Source: Sphaerodactylus townsendi (taxonomy: Eukaryota). Taken from it: a stretch of 64,000 nucleotides of DNA. Made by a program: the position numbers and the translations under genes. Position 1 is the stretch's first letter, and each line of letters opens with the position of its first letter. Below, piece by piece: positions 12,476 through 25,516 of this stretch. Below the pieces are notes generated by a model. The model was given only the letters and a program-made list of their open reading frames with translations, did not search any database and had not been told where the DNA came from. The stretch is taken from NCBI RefSeq assembly GCF_021028975.2, contig NC_059431.1, positions 43,462,001-43,526,000 on the forward strand, in the 5' to 3' direction.

Positions 12476-14249
12476 CTCTTCTTCTTTGGTTGTTAGACTT
12501 TAGATAGGTCATATAGATGGGTGCCATTACGTATTTTATGTTGCTGGTTTTAATTGTTAATTAAAATCAACAGTTTTACAAGGTGAGTGGTTTAAAAATT
12601 GAATAAATAACAACAACAACCATATCACACTGACTCACTGAAATTTTCTGGATAGAAGGAACAACTACAGTTGCAATAGTATACTGAAGGAGAATGTTAG
12701 TCTTTCAGCCATAGTTCAGTGATAAAGCTGAAGGACATTCAATGCATGTCCAATTAATAAGAAATGGTGCAGTAGTGCTGAGAAAGGCTTTGGCCTGAGA
12801 TGGTAAAGAGCTGTCAGAGGAGATACTATTAAGTTATGAGAAGATACCGGTCATTAAGTTTAGAGACCTACAGCCTGATTATAGTAATTTCCTATATCCA
12901 AGAGCCCTTCTTTAAGCCCTTCTTTTTATGCTTGTATACATATATCTGAAATATACAACTTTTTGTGTACACACATATCTGATGTGTAAAACTTTCTAAA
13001 CACTTGTAGTTAGACTGTAATTTTAGATGGTACTGTTGTTATTTAGAGACTGGTTAACTGGGTGCCAGGGGTACTGAAGTGTTCTTCAAATATTGCTGTT
13101 TGGTGTAAAAAAACCAGCATGCATTACTTGAGGGAAACACCAGAGAAAGCAATACCTTTTCCAGTCACTGCTAGCTAAGATCTAGCTGACAAGAACGCAG
13201 GAATTCTTAGAGCCCTGTTCAGAGACATTTTTAACAGGATCTATAGTATGAACAGAGCAAGAGCTGAATGGCCACCAACATTTTACACTTCCACTATACA
13301 CTTCCAGATTACCATGAAGCAGTTTGAAACTTTTCAAATTTTTCATGCCCAGTATGGAAAGAAGTAGAACCTCAGGAAAATTCTGTTCTGAAGCACTGCT
13401 ACAGTCCTCTGCATGAACATGGGCAAATAGGAACAAACCACTGAAGAATACAATACAATAATTTATTTATTGCTGATTACACTGAAGGAAGGCTGTGGGG
13501 AGCTTTTTGTGGTTCTTGTAGTGGCTATGATGCACAAGAAGGAAAGAATTCTGACAACCATGCTCACTCTGGGGAAGACTGGATTAAAGAACCCTTTGAC
13601 CTGCATCCAGCTGTTTAGGAGAATGTGGCTGAGGTACATAGTTATGGTCTGTCGTTCAGGGCAGTGCAAGTTAATATAAGAACCTACAGTTGGCTTCCCA
13701 GTACCTGCTTCCTATCCTGAAAAGTTTAGAGGACTACATGGTGGGTTGCAACAACTTACAGCACTGAACATGGAGAAAGGGGTCTGGAGGAAAACAGAAG
13801 ATAGTGATGGAGATATGGAATTGTGGCTCCAGAATTGTGCTGGTATGATGCAAGAGATGTCGTCACTTGAACCCTTACAGGTTCATCTATCTATTCAGCA
13901 ACTGCCCAAATACTTCCTTGTAGTCCTGGTTCATTATTTTTTAACTTCTGTTCTAATCATTGAATGTGACATTATTGTAACCAAATGAGCTAATAAGTAT
14001 AAGTTGTATGCATACATTTATGCTCTTTATTTATTTAGTCGATTTCTATTTCACCCTTCAAATGCATCCCAAAGCAGGTTACAATAATGTCCTCATCTTC
14101 ATAGAAAGCCTGAAAAGAAACAAGGTTCCTTATTTGGCAAGCACTGCAAAAGTGAGAAAGACTGGATTTGTACCATATATGACCGATAGTTCCCATTTAT
14201 TTATTTTGTCCCCTCTCCCTTTCCTGCATAGAGCTCAAATCAGCATGCA

Positions 14250-14797
14250 GGACTTCTTCCCTCTTCTACTTGAGCCTCACAACGTTTGAGGTGGGTTAAG
14301 CTAAAGGAAGGTGACTGGCTCTGGTCACCCAGTTTGTTTCATGACTAAGGCACTTTCCACACGGTCCAATAAACACAGGTTAAGGATGGGATAAAACCCG
14401 TGTTGGGCGGGAACTTCGCATGATTCCCGCCCCTAACCTCACTATTGGTCACAGAGTGGGTAAAACAAAAATCATGTTATGTGTGATTCTTTCGTTTTAA
14501 TGCGCCTCACAGCCACGGCTGAGCAAATGGCCGTGGCTGTGAGGCACATTCGGGGGCTGCGATCAAATGAGAGAATTGCAGCCCCCAGCTCCCACCTGTG
14601 GAGCCACGCAGAGGCCCATAATGTGGCCCTGGAAATGGTCCTGGGACAGCCAGTCATGCAAACAGCCTGAGGTAAGGACAGGTTCATGTAACCTGCTTCT
14701 CACCTGGGTTTATTGGCCCATGTGGAAAGGGTTTGGGTGAAGATTTGAATCCAGGACTGCTCAGTCTTTATTCAACCCCAACCATTACACTACACTA
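14250..14797 (-). mobile_element. Old MIR/Squam3-type CORE-SINE split by a MITE
   Basis: cctcacaac..tgaggtgggttaagct..gtgactggc..ggtcacccag lies before 14349 and gatttgaatccagg..accattacactacact after 14733. Confidence 0.6.
14349..14733. mobile_element. PIF/Harbinger-type MITE
   Basis: Long imperfect TIRs ggcactttccacacggtccaataaacacagg / cctgggtttattggcccatgtggaaagggtt. Internal palindrome gcctcacagccacggc...gccgtggctgtgaggc. Confidence 0.7.
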
Positions 14798-15325
14798 TTT
14801 AAATTATATTATCAATGCTCTCAGTTGTCTGATTTTTGTTGTGGTTTTTGTTGATTGATTTTCATTGTGTATACTTACTATACAGTTTGTATTCAAAATT
14901 TATATAATGTTTCAGCAATGAATATGTGGAAAGAAACAAAATGCACAAAAAATCTAGCTCAACCTGGTGGATTACATGCATGAAAGATATCTCTCCCCCC
15001 CTTTTTTTCTTGTTCAGTCTCCTTTCCTAGAGGTTGTCCCCCAATCATGACTCAACCAATCTGCACCACAGTAACCTCAAGGCGAGATTGCTATAATATA
15101 CAAGTGTGGGACCATGAGACTTGTGGAGCAATCCCATCCTCCCACTTTCTCACTGGACCAAGTGAGACCAAGTCTCACTGGACTCACTGGCAATCCCAGA
15201 TTCTACAACAAGAGCCCCCAGGCTCAATGTGGCTCCTAGGCATTGCCACAGTGTGCACCATACCTGCTGCAGCTTCCAGGCTCCCAGAATGATCTGGGAA
15301 TATTAGACCAACTATTACCTGGCAG

Positions 15326-15659
15326 NNNNNNNNNNNNNNNNNNNNNNNNNNNNNNNNNNNNNNNNNNNNNNNNNNNNNNNNNNNNNNNNNNNNNNNNNNN
15401 NNNNNNNNNNNNNNNNNNNNNNNNNNNNNNNNNNNNNNNNNNNNNNNNNNNNNNNNNNNNNNNNNNNNNNNNNNNNNNNNNNNNNNNNNNNNNNNNNNNN
15501 NNNNNNNNNNNNNNNNNNNNNNNNNNNNNNNNNNNNNNNNNNNNNNNNNNNNNNNNNNNNNNNNNNNNNNNNNNNNNNNNNNNNNNNNNNNNNNNNNNNN
15601 NNNNNNNNNNNNNNNNNNNNNNNNNNNNNNNNNNNNNNNNNNNNNNNNNNNNNNNNNNN
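15326..15659. other. Assembly gap (N run)
   Basis: Run of N. Confidence 1.
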
Positions 15660-17307
15660 CCACAGGACACTTGGCAGCAGTTGAACTCAAAAAATGGTGG
15701 CTAGGAGCCAGCAGCTGTATTTTATCAACCATGACCCTAGCTACTTGTCTCATGGGTTACACCTAATCATAGAATTTTAACTTGATTAATTTTCCTACAT
15801 CTTTGATATAAAAGTTTATTACACGTAGTGTGACAAAAGGAACAATGATAGTGAGATCGTTGAGAGTTAAACCCTTCTAAGTCCATTTAAGTCAACTGTT
15901 TTGGAATGCTGTAATGATCCTTAGGATCGCAGCATGAATCCCTAAAATGTGAAGCTGTCCCCAATTTTTCATAAGATTCTTTCTTCACATGATCATTGGT
16001 TCGTGTTTGGTGTAAGCCAAAGTTGCTGCAGACCTGAAGTAACAGGAATATATGTTGAGGCGATACAGGAATTATTAAAAGGCATGCATGAAAGCCAAAG
16101 GTTTATAATAAATTTCCCAGCAATCACATTTTGTCCCCACTCCCAATTAATGTCATATGCAAAGTATTAGTTTGTAAGGTAAGCCACAATAGGCTGATTC
16201 CAGAGTAGCACTCTCTGCCTTTATCCAAAGCTCTGGAAGAAAGGGGGGGGGGGATATTTTAGGTATCAAATGCAGTCATGAATAGGAATACCAAGATATT
16301 GGGAGACAGTGTTTTTTTTCGTGAGCCTTGATACTACAGCTTGTGTTCTGAGCCATGATACTAAAATCAGTAGGAGCTAAGCCAGTAAAGGAGAAGCCCA
16401 CTGTAGAAATGCAAAAAAAAATATTATGGAATCTATTAATCTGTAGCACACTTTCTTCTGCTTTGCCCTCACTCCATTGAAATGGCAACTACAAGTATTA
16501 TGAATATTTGCATAATTTCAGACGTTCTGCTCATAAATAATTTATTGGTTGTGGTGAAATGAATGTTCTTTCTTTCATAATTATCTTTTGTGCAAAAGAT
16601 TGCATAGTTTACAGAGACATTTCAGCGGCAATTGAAGATCCATAGTATCCCTTAATGTGGCAGAGAAGAAATGGCACTTTAATTGTAGAGCTGCTATACG
16701 TTTGCTCTTGAAGTGTAGCAAAGCGAAAAGGATTACATATAATTTGAAGTTATTTTTAAATGACTGCTTTAAAGCAGAGGAATAGTACAGTGCTTAGTGC
16801 TGGGCACTCAAAATTAATCAGAAAGGATGATGAAGCTTAAAAGAAAGGAACCACTTAACATCGTATGCCTTGTAGAAGCTGAGTAATGATAAGCATTCTG
16901 ATGTAAGTCCCCATTATCAGTGATGTCTGTTCTCCAGTTCTTTACATGTACAAACAGAGAGAGACAGAGACAGAGAATGACATACAGGATGTGAAATGGT
17001 AAGTGAGAGGACAGCTAGTAAGAGGACAGCTCCTGATCCACTTGTAATCATAGGCACATGGTGAAGCTGAGGCTCTCTGGGTTCTTTCTTTTGTGCAGTT
17101 CTGTGTCCAGAAAGCAATAACTTAAAAAGAATTTAAGATATATATTGGAGGTTTGAAGATCTTGGATAGAATTTTGAACTTTTGACCATTGAGGAGGTAA
17201 TGATGTCACTAATTGGGCATACTCTTCCTGTACGATACATACAAACATACAAAGGATCACATTTCCCTTTTTTTTTCATGTGTATAAAGTCTGAATTCTT
17301 CCTAGAC

Positions 17308-17407
17308 TCTAAGATGACTAAACTGAAGCTATTGTATTTTGGTTGCATTATGAGGAGACAAGACTCACTGGAAAAGACAATGTTAGGAAAATTTGAAGGC
17401 AGTAGAA
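17308..17407 (+). mobile_element. RTE/BovB LINE ORF C-terminal fragment
   Basis: Translates KMTKLKLLYFGCIMRRQDSLEKTMLGKFEGSR, matching the BovB LKL.YFGH.MRR.DSLEKT.MLGK.EG motif. Confidence 0.8.
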
Positions 17408-17413
17408 CAGAAG

Positions 17414-17576
17414 CCCTGACCTGGACCGCCCAGACTAGCCTGATCAGGTCAGTTCCTGGAAGTAATTAGGGTGGGCCCTCGGATGGGAGAGCTCCAAGGA
17501 AGTCCAGTGTTGCAGCACAGAGGAAGTCAATGACAAACCACCTCTGGACATCTCTTGCCTTGAAAACTCTACAGGA
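17414..17576 (+). mobile_element. 5S rRNA-derived SINE with Sauria/BovB-type tail
   Basis: Decayed 5S head (cctgatc..ggaag..agggt..ggatgggaga), then caatgacaaaccacctctg..tcttgccttgaaaac. Confidence 0.65.
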
Positions 17577-17997
17577 GAACCATATACTGATGGCACGTTC
17601 CACTACCATTAGGAATAGCCAACACAAGATGAATTGATCAATAAAGAAAGCCTTGGTCTTTAGCTCACAAAACCTGAACAAATCTGTGAATTTTGGAAAT
17701 CATTAATTCATAGAATTGCTGTTAGTTGGGAGTAACTTAACAGCACAAAAAACATATACTTTAGTTTCAAATAAAGGTATCCTGCACAAGAAGCTGAGTA
17801 TTTGTTGAAGGATATGTACCTACACATTGGTAGCACACTTAGAACACAGCTTACATGCATAGAACTCTCTTGGTGGATTGGGATGACCATTAATTTAGGA
17901 TGTGCATGGATTACTATTTGAGTAGAAAGAGTGGCAACAGAACCATCTTCTCCCTTAATGAAGATCTTGTATTGGTACAAATCACAGTCTAATCTTC

Positions 17998-18054
17998 CAT
18001 CTCATGAACTGAATCAGATTCTGACATCTCATGAACTGAATCAGATTCTGACAT
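17998..18054. repeat. 27-bp tandem duplication
   Basis: catctcatgaactgaatcagattctga twice, perfect. Confidence 0.95.
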
Positions 18055-18828
18055 ATGTTTTCCAGCTGAATTTCCATAAAAATGCAAGGCCTTGAGATAC
18101 CCTGAGATTGTCATGTCAAGCTATAGCACAGGTTACTATGACTTTATTGAGTGCATATTAAAGTAACATGACAAACTGATGTCAGAGCAATCTTGGTGGG
18201 GTAATCTATGTTTCATCCCAATTATTTGCAATATTTTTTCTGTTACATAATTACTTTGAAATTATTTTAGATGATTAAAAAAAAGATCGCTCCTGAGCAT
18301 CATATGCATGCCTTTGTGTTTAAAGCAATTAATTTTGGGCCTTTTGTCAGAAAAAAATGACATCTCTATATGGGAACTGATTGAACAATGCACCTAATCT
18401 GATTTTTGATTCAGACCTTTGTAAATGAAGGAGGTAGGTTGCCTTTAATTTCCAGCAGGACAAAGTGGTAGCTGTTAATATTTGATGAGAATGATTATTT
18501 TAACCATGATAAAAACCACTCACCAGAGGCTGTGTGAACATTGCTGCACATCACAGCAATAGATTTGCTGTCAAAAGAGAATGGAGAAGTTTTTCTTCAC
18601 TACCACACAGCCTGCTCTTAAAGCAAAATTACTTATGCCCCAATTTAATCAGCTTTGTAGCTCTACAGATCAATGTGATGGGATTCTAGGGCCCCATCTT
18701 ACAAAATCTATGTAGAATCCTCCCACTGGAAGGGAAGTCCAGGAGCATTCAACTATTAGTCCCATTCACAGGCTTCCCAGGGTAATCCAGACTACAATGT
18801 ACCACAAGAAGATGAGCATGTGCACTGC

Positions 18829-19115
18829 AGAAGAAGAAGAAGAGTTTGGATTTATATCCCCCCTTTCTCTCCTGTAGGAGACTCAAAGGGGCTTACAATC
18901 TCCTTGCCCTTCCCCCTCACAACAAACACCCTGTGAGGTAGGTGGGGCTGAGAGAGCTCAGAAGAACTGTGACTAGTCCAATTTCACCCAGCTGGAGTGT
19001 ACAGGCTAATCTGAATTCCCCAGATAAGCCTCCACAGCTCAAGCAGCAGAGCGGGGAATCAAACCCGGTTCATCCAGATAAGATACACGAGCTCTTAACC
19101 TCCTACACCACTGCT
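18829..19115 (-). mobile_element. Squam3-type (gecko Squam3B-like) tRNA/CORE SINE
   Basis: (CTT)n tail on the minus strand, gagactcaaaggggcttacaatc, caccctgtgaggtaggtggggctgagag and the A/B-box head. Carries small internal deletions relative to the 28215 copy. Confidence 0.9.
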
Positions 19116-20695
19116 GTAGAGTACTGCCTGCAAGACAACTAGCTCCAGACAACTTACACAAGAAAGCCAATTCACAAACAGCATCAGAAGAAAGCAAAAA
19201 ACCCTATCTGACCTGGGGCAAAATTTCTTCCCAATATTTTTCAAAGTGGGCCTATTATCAAAAATATTACTTGCATTGCTGGGTAACACTGAAGCTGCTG
19301 TCAATTGTGTCATTGATTTTAATAGCATTCTCATTGCAATTTTAACTCTTAAATTCTTTTATTATAGTTGAGGAAGCAAAAACTAAGTGAAATTATTCCA
19401 TTGTGTATATATCTGTGGCATGGTACATTATTTTTGTAGGCAGAAGAAGATCAAGATCAATTTGGTAGGTTTATCTAGCAATTAAATGAAAAAGAGCCAT
19501 GTGTTTGTGGGCAATTTTGTTTGCCTTTCTATCTGAAATTTTAGTTGACATATTTCCAGAAAACCACACTGTGAGTCTTGACTAACCCTGCCATCTAGCA
19601 TTTGCCCATTATCGCAGTTCTTGGATGGAAGAACTGGGTCTTGCCAGTAACTTTTCAAGGATCTGTCCATGTTTGGCAATCAACCCCACAATTATATTTT
19701 AAAACCTGTTGTCAACTAGGAGTGCTTGTTCCTACCTCTGAAAGATGCCTTTAGACTTCTCAAAAAATTACTATGGCAGGATTTAAATCAGAAGATAGTA
19801 AGCAGTCACTGACACTGGTTTCATTTGAAAACATGCAAAGTATACCTGAACAAAAGAGATACCTTTTCTGAACTGAGATCCCGAAACAATGTGAAATTAA
19901 AAATGTTCAGTACAAAAAGATGCCAGTGAAAGTTGTTTAGCACATTGCTTTCTTTTACACTCAGAAATTAATTTGTAATACATGAAGGGTGGAGTAATTG
20001 CTGTTGTTGCTCGGAAAGCCAATGTTTGCAACCATTTCCCATTGCACATCCCCGAAGCCAAAACCAGCCTAGTACAAACATACAGCCTAGTACACACACA
20101 TTTTCCAAAGCAGGATTTAATCTCTGCTTCAGAAAATAACTAACGTGTAAAATGGCCTTCAAAAGAAAGAGAAGACACAGAATTCAAATGCCTCATTAAC
20201 AAAACATACAGAAATTTTCTCTCTCTTGATCTTATGAAAATCAACATAACTCCCACTCACTAAATCTCAGTAGCATTAATGTTAACAGGCAGGCTGGCTG
20301 GAAAATAGAATCTCTTATGATAAACTGGGATAAAATGTTGTGCATTGAAGTTTTGAAATATTTCCATGTGGAAAAAACTTTAAAGTTCATTTAGTTAAAA
20401 ACATTTTTGAATGAAGCAAGATGTTTTGGTTTTCTGTAAAAAAATCAAAACATTTTTCTTAGGAAAAGCATTTTCATTGAATCTTCTTGTTCCACACACT
20501 GAAGATAGCCATCCAAGAATCCATATGTAGATATACATAAAATCCAGTACATGGAAGCTCAAATTGCATAGGCAGTTCTAAGATTTATTTTGAAATCCAC
20601 AGAATTTGTAACTATTAACTAGAATTTATCAAATGTTGCACCTTTTGATGTACAAGGTCTTAGTGGCAAGACAGCAATGCAGAGGCATAATTGTC

Positions 20696-21385
20696 TAGGG
20701 ACATAGGGTACCCCATGTCCTTGGGCGCAACCATTATGGTCATGTGGGGGCACAAAATCGGCCCCCCACGTGACCAGAGAGTTGGGCAAGGGAGGCAGAA
20801 GTTTGATGAGCATGGAGCCTTGTCAGACTTCACCCGCCCATGTTGTCCCAGGGCCAAGCCAGGGAGAACAAAGTCCCTTGGCCCCATCCCCGTGCGTCCC
20901 TGATGCTGGGCCAAGGGAGAGGGGAGAGGGCAACAGCAACCTGTGCCGGACTTGGAACCTGGAAGGCTCCGATCCTGGCACAGGCTGCAGCTGGGCTTGC
21001 CCTCCCCACCTTTATCGGAGGCCCTGTGGGGTCTCTGATGGAGGTGGGGAGGGAGCGGCTGCAGCCTGCTCCCAGCTTGGATCCAGCCGGGATCCGAGCT
21101 GGGAACAGGCTGCAGCTGGGCTTGCTCTCTCAACCTTTATTGAAGGCCCTGTAGGGTCTCTGATGGAGGTGGGGAGGGGGCAGCTGCAGCCTGCATTCAG
21201 CTCAAATCCAGACAGGATCCAAGCTGGGTGCTGGCTGAAGCTGGCTGCTGGGCTGGGAAGAGGGGCTGTAGCCCAACTTGTGAGTAAGCGGTGCTCCGCG
21301 TGAGAGGGCACCTGGAGGGTTTTTTTGCCTCCAGGCACCATTTGGCCCCTGTTCCCCTCTGCAGCAATGTCTGATGGGCAGTGGA
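20696..21385. mobile_element. GC-rich non-autonomous DNA-transposon-like element with 125-bp internal duplication
   Basis: Starts tagggacatagg (hAT-like end). Repeat units start at 20981 and 21106, joined by the hairpin gcagcctgctcccagcttggatcc/ggatccgagctgggaacaggctgc. The right end is unclear. Confidence 0.5.
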
Positions 21386-21431
21386 AATTTCCCCCTATGC
21401 ATGTGAAGGTACGGGACAAACCATCTGTAAG

Positions 21432-21620
21432 GAAGTCATTAAGTTGCATCTGACATTGTGAATCCAGCAAGAGACCTCCAAGGCAAGCAAAAAACAGAAA
21501 CCATTTTGCATCACCTTTCTCTTCAGAGCATTCCTTGGTGGTCTCCCATCCAAGTAACAACCCTGCTTAGCTTCCAAGACCTGGCAAGATCAGTTTATAC
21601 TATGCTGCCTTCCCTCAAGT
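21432..21620 (-). mobile_element. 5S rRNA-derived SINE
   Basis: Reverse complement reads ggaagctaagcagggttgttacttggatgggagaccacc (5S internal promoter region) plus a BovB-like tail. Confidence 0.75.
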
Positions 21621-23560
21621 GATAGAAATAACAGAGATAAAAGTATTAGGAAAGGTGGAAGTAAGATAATCAAAAGTAAGTAAGGATAGTAAAATAACAA
21701 TGGAGATACTACAATCCAACTAGATCTCCAGCACTGGTGCAAGGAGTTGCAATGGAAAAGACAGGCTTGACAAAACTCCCAATCCTGGCATAACCTTCTA
21801 ATCTTGTTCTCTTCACAAGTGTTCTTGAAGTGCCACTGTGGAATTTCCAGACAGGAAGAGGACCAAATAAAAGATCCCAAGGGACTAGGTCCCATGGGGC
21901 ATCAACATAATCATAAAAGGGAAGGGTCTTACTATATTGGGTTGTTAGTTGAGTTCTGTCCTGTGGAATATGGCAGAAATATATGCAAAGATGCACAGAA
22001 GTCAGTTGAATGACTTGGTGATCCATTTTAGGTAAAGAGAAATCAGATGCATACATTAATGTATTTCTATGGAACACGTACATATTAGTTGGAAGGAAAA
22101 ATGTATTCAAATAGATTGCTTGGAGGGAAATTTATTCCATTTCCTTGATGAGTTCATTTAAATAAATATACATTTTGGAATAATTTCAGCACAATTTCCC
22201 CACTCTTAGCCATTTTATTTCACTGAACATTTCCTAATCATTTTTGAAGGTTCTATTGGTTTTGACTGATATGTTAAGTTTTCTCTACTGAGATCTCATC
22301 AGCTAGGGGGGGAAAAGAAGAGCTGGACTACAGGTATTATTTAAAGTTCTATGTGGATGCTATTTAAAAACAACATGTATTCATGATGAACATCTATTTG
22401 TTTTGTTCTTGAGTTCCTGCACTTCCTACCTGCTCTCCTGTCCCCTATTATGAAAAGATCTGCAATCAAATACCTTTGGGTTCAGAAGTCTTATTCTAAT
22501 GCAGAATTATACATACCATCTTTTCTTAAGGAAGGGGCAAAAAAACCTATAATATATAGGATATTGAACAAAATTTACACTTCTTTAGAATACAGAAAAG
22601 GCAAAAAATCTTATCCTTCCACCAAGCAGAAACAATGAACTAATCTGATGATGTATTTCAGCACCAGCATACATTGGTTTTTATTGCAATGAAATAATTG
22701 TAGCAAATCCATCATAGACTCCTTTTGTTCAAACAAAAGAACCATATAGTTATGAGATTGCTTACACACAATTCTCACAAGTCAAACAGTGAAAAATAAA
22801 ACATGATAAATCACAGCCTTGATAGATCTACTATTATCCCATCACAAATTATGAGTCATGAGGGAAGAATGTATTTGGGTAATTTATAGCTTCCTGTGAG
22901 AATAAGAGAGGATCCCATAGGGTCAGGCATTTTTATGGGTGGTGGAGTGTGGGAATAGCCTTGTCTTATTAGCTGTGCAATATTTGAAGGATTTAAGTTT
23001 CATCCCTATCAAAAAGCCTGGCCAATGATGAACATAAAGTTGACTATCTGATGGTGAATTTGCAGTTGAGAAAAGCATACGTATTTATTAGGTTTAGTGG
23101 GAAAATTGTTACTCAGAAAATTGACATGTGGTGATACGATTCTAGAATAGGATTGCCAGAGCCCCACTATTGACTGAAATTTGCACTTTCTACTATCATA
23201 TGTTAACTAATTTAAATGCATACAAACGTAAAATTGCATTTGAGTTAAAAAGGGCATGGCTATCTTTCCATAAAACTGAGCTTTTCATATGTTGTAATGT
23301 TCAACACTGAAATGTTTTCATGTCAATAAATTAAGGAGGAGCTTCCTGTATCCTGCAGAATGTTAGACAAGGCTATGACAGATTGCATATATCAAACCTG
23401 GGTGCAAACCCATGAACTATATCCTTAACACTACAGCAAACCACTCCGCTTGTTGATTGTGCCAGCATGAGGCTCATAGGTAAGCCTTGGCTCTGTTGTG
23501 TCCTTTGAATAAGCTTGTAGTATCCTTTGGTCAGAATATGGCCTTTATGCTGATCCTATG

Positions 23561-24810
23561 CAAGGATGTAGGTAAGGGGGGGGGGTTCTTGGGTTCAACC
23601 CCCCCATTCATGTCCAAAGCTCCGCCCACCCGTTTGTGGGTTTTAAAAACATTTTTAGTGTTTTTTGGTTTTTGGCCTTCAGGGGGCGCATTGATTAGGC
23701 TAACAGCACCAAACTTTCAGGAATTGTTTGACGACTCTCCTGATGATACTACCCAGGTTTGGTGAGGTTTGGTTCAGGGGGTCCAAAGCTATGGACTCCC
23801 AAAGGGGGTGCCCCCATCCCCCATTGTTTCCAATGGGAGCTAATAGGAAATGGGGCTACACATTTGAGGGTCCATAACTTTGGACCCCCTGAACCAAACT
23901 TCACCAAACTTGGGTGGTATCATTAGGAGAGTCTCCTAAAGATACCCTAAAAGTTTGGTGCTGCTAGCTTAACAATTGCACCCCTGACAGCAGGCACCCC
24001 CCAAATTTCCCCCGATACTCCTTTTAAATCTACCCCCTTCGGCATTGATTTAAAGGGAGAATCTAAGGTCCTCAGTTTAGAAGAAGAGTTTGGATTTATA
24101 TCCTCCCTTTCCTGTAGGAGACTCAAAGGAGCTTACAATCTCTTTGACCTTCCCCCCCTCACAACAAACACCCTGTGAGGTGGGTGGGGCTGAGAGAGCT
24201 CCAAAAAGCTGTGACTAGCCCAAGGTCACCCAGCTGACGTGTGTGGGAGTGCACAGGCTAATCTGAATTCCCCAGATAAGCCTCCACAGCTCAAGTGGCA
24301 GAGTAGGTAATCAAACCCGGTTCCTCCAGATTAGAATGCACCTGCTCTTAACCGCTACGCCACATTGAAAGTGATGCTGTTTCACGGTGGGTGATAATTC
24401 ACCCCAAAACAGCATCACTTTCAATGTTGTTTAACTGGGGACCCCAGATTCTCCCTTTAAGGTGGATTTAAAAGGAGAATTTGGGCCCTCTAGTTTAAAC
24501 ACCATTGGAAGTGATGCTGTTTGGGGGTGGATTCCAGCATCACAGTGGCTGCCGGGAGGGGGGGGAGTGAAACTCAGATTTTGCACCGGGCTTAATTTTC
24601 CCTCTATGCCTCTGCCCAGAGGGAAGGGCGAAAGGAACTGCCAGCTGCCGGCTGGGAGCCCAGCTGGTGGGGGGCAGGGGAGGGAAGGGTTGCTTTTATA
24701 AATGCTAGGCCGGGGGCGGGGCTTGGGGAGGCATGGCCATGCCCTAGGGGTGGGTGGGAGTGTGGCCCCACCCCTGAACCCCCCCATAAAAATCTATACC
24801 TATGTCCCTG
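23561..24810. mobile_element. Non-autonomous hAT transposon (interrupted by a SINE)
   Basis: TIRs caaggatgtagg / cctatgtccctg. Perfect 8-bp TSD atcctatg at 23553-23560 and 24811-24818. Confidence 0.9.
24079..24363 (-). mobile_element. Squam3-type SINE inserted into the hAT element
   Basis: Same sequence family as 18829 and 28215. Interrupts one arm of the hAT internal inverted repeat. Confidence 0.9.
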
Positions 24811-24929
24811 ATCCTATGGCTTCTAACTTCAAGAGTTCTAGAACATAGAACTGGTCTACCTGTCTCTATTTCCCTTTGAATTTATATGCAGTCTCTTTCA
24901 TATATTTCTTGTGGGAAAAGTAAATCTAT

Positions 24930-25516
24930 GGCAGTTTCTGCACGAGCTGAAAGCAACGGCTTCAGCCTGGTAAAACACTGTTTTGGCGGGGACCCTTCAC
25001 ACAGGCGCCGCTGCCAAATCGATGCAGCGCTCTGTGCTCGCCAAAACGGTGTTTTCAAAACTCGCTTGGGGAGCGAGTTTTTCTGCAAACGCAGGCTTCC
25101 ATCCACTGCCATGCGAATGGCAGCAGGTGGAAGCCGGCGTTTTTCCTTCCCCTCCCCTCCCCTCCCCTCCCCTCCCCAGCCCCAAACACCTCCTTACCTT
25201 CTGTTGGCAGCCTTCACTCTGTCGTCGCTCTGAGGAGGAAAGGGGACACGCCCCCTGGCCTCCGGTGCTTCAGCTGTCGCTCTGGCCATGGGGGCATGTC
25301 CCCTTCCCTCCTAAGAGCGACGACAGAGCGATGACTCCTGTATAGCAGAAGAGTAAAGAGGCATTAAGGAAAACCAGGAGAATACGTGGCTAATGTGAAT
25401 CTTGCTCCAACAGCTGCGCATCCCATGGGGACGTTTGTGCGAAGGGCCCCAGAGCCTGCATCGATATGATTAATGCCGATGCAGGCTGTCTCCCTTGGCT
25501 GTGCAGAAACAGCCCC
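24930..25516. mobile_element. PIF/Harbinger-type non-autonomous element
   Basis: TIRs ggcagtttctgcac / gtgcagaaacagcc. CpG-rich, with an internal palindrome at 25217-25328. Confidence 0.7.

Noticed and set aside
15184-15753. Long ORFs spanning 15326-15659 (also 27942-28357)
   Set aside because: Artefacts of N gaps translated as X.
20660-21560. 157-182 aa ORFs
   Set aside because: They arise from a GC-rich repetitive TE interior that is open in several frames on both strands.
21432-21620. 5S rRNA genes (also 17414, 39340, 44868)
   Set aside because: Partial, diverged 5S heads fused to LINE-derived tails, i.e. SINEs.
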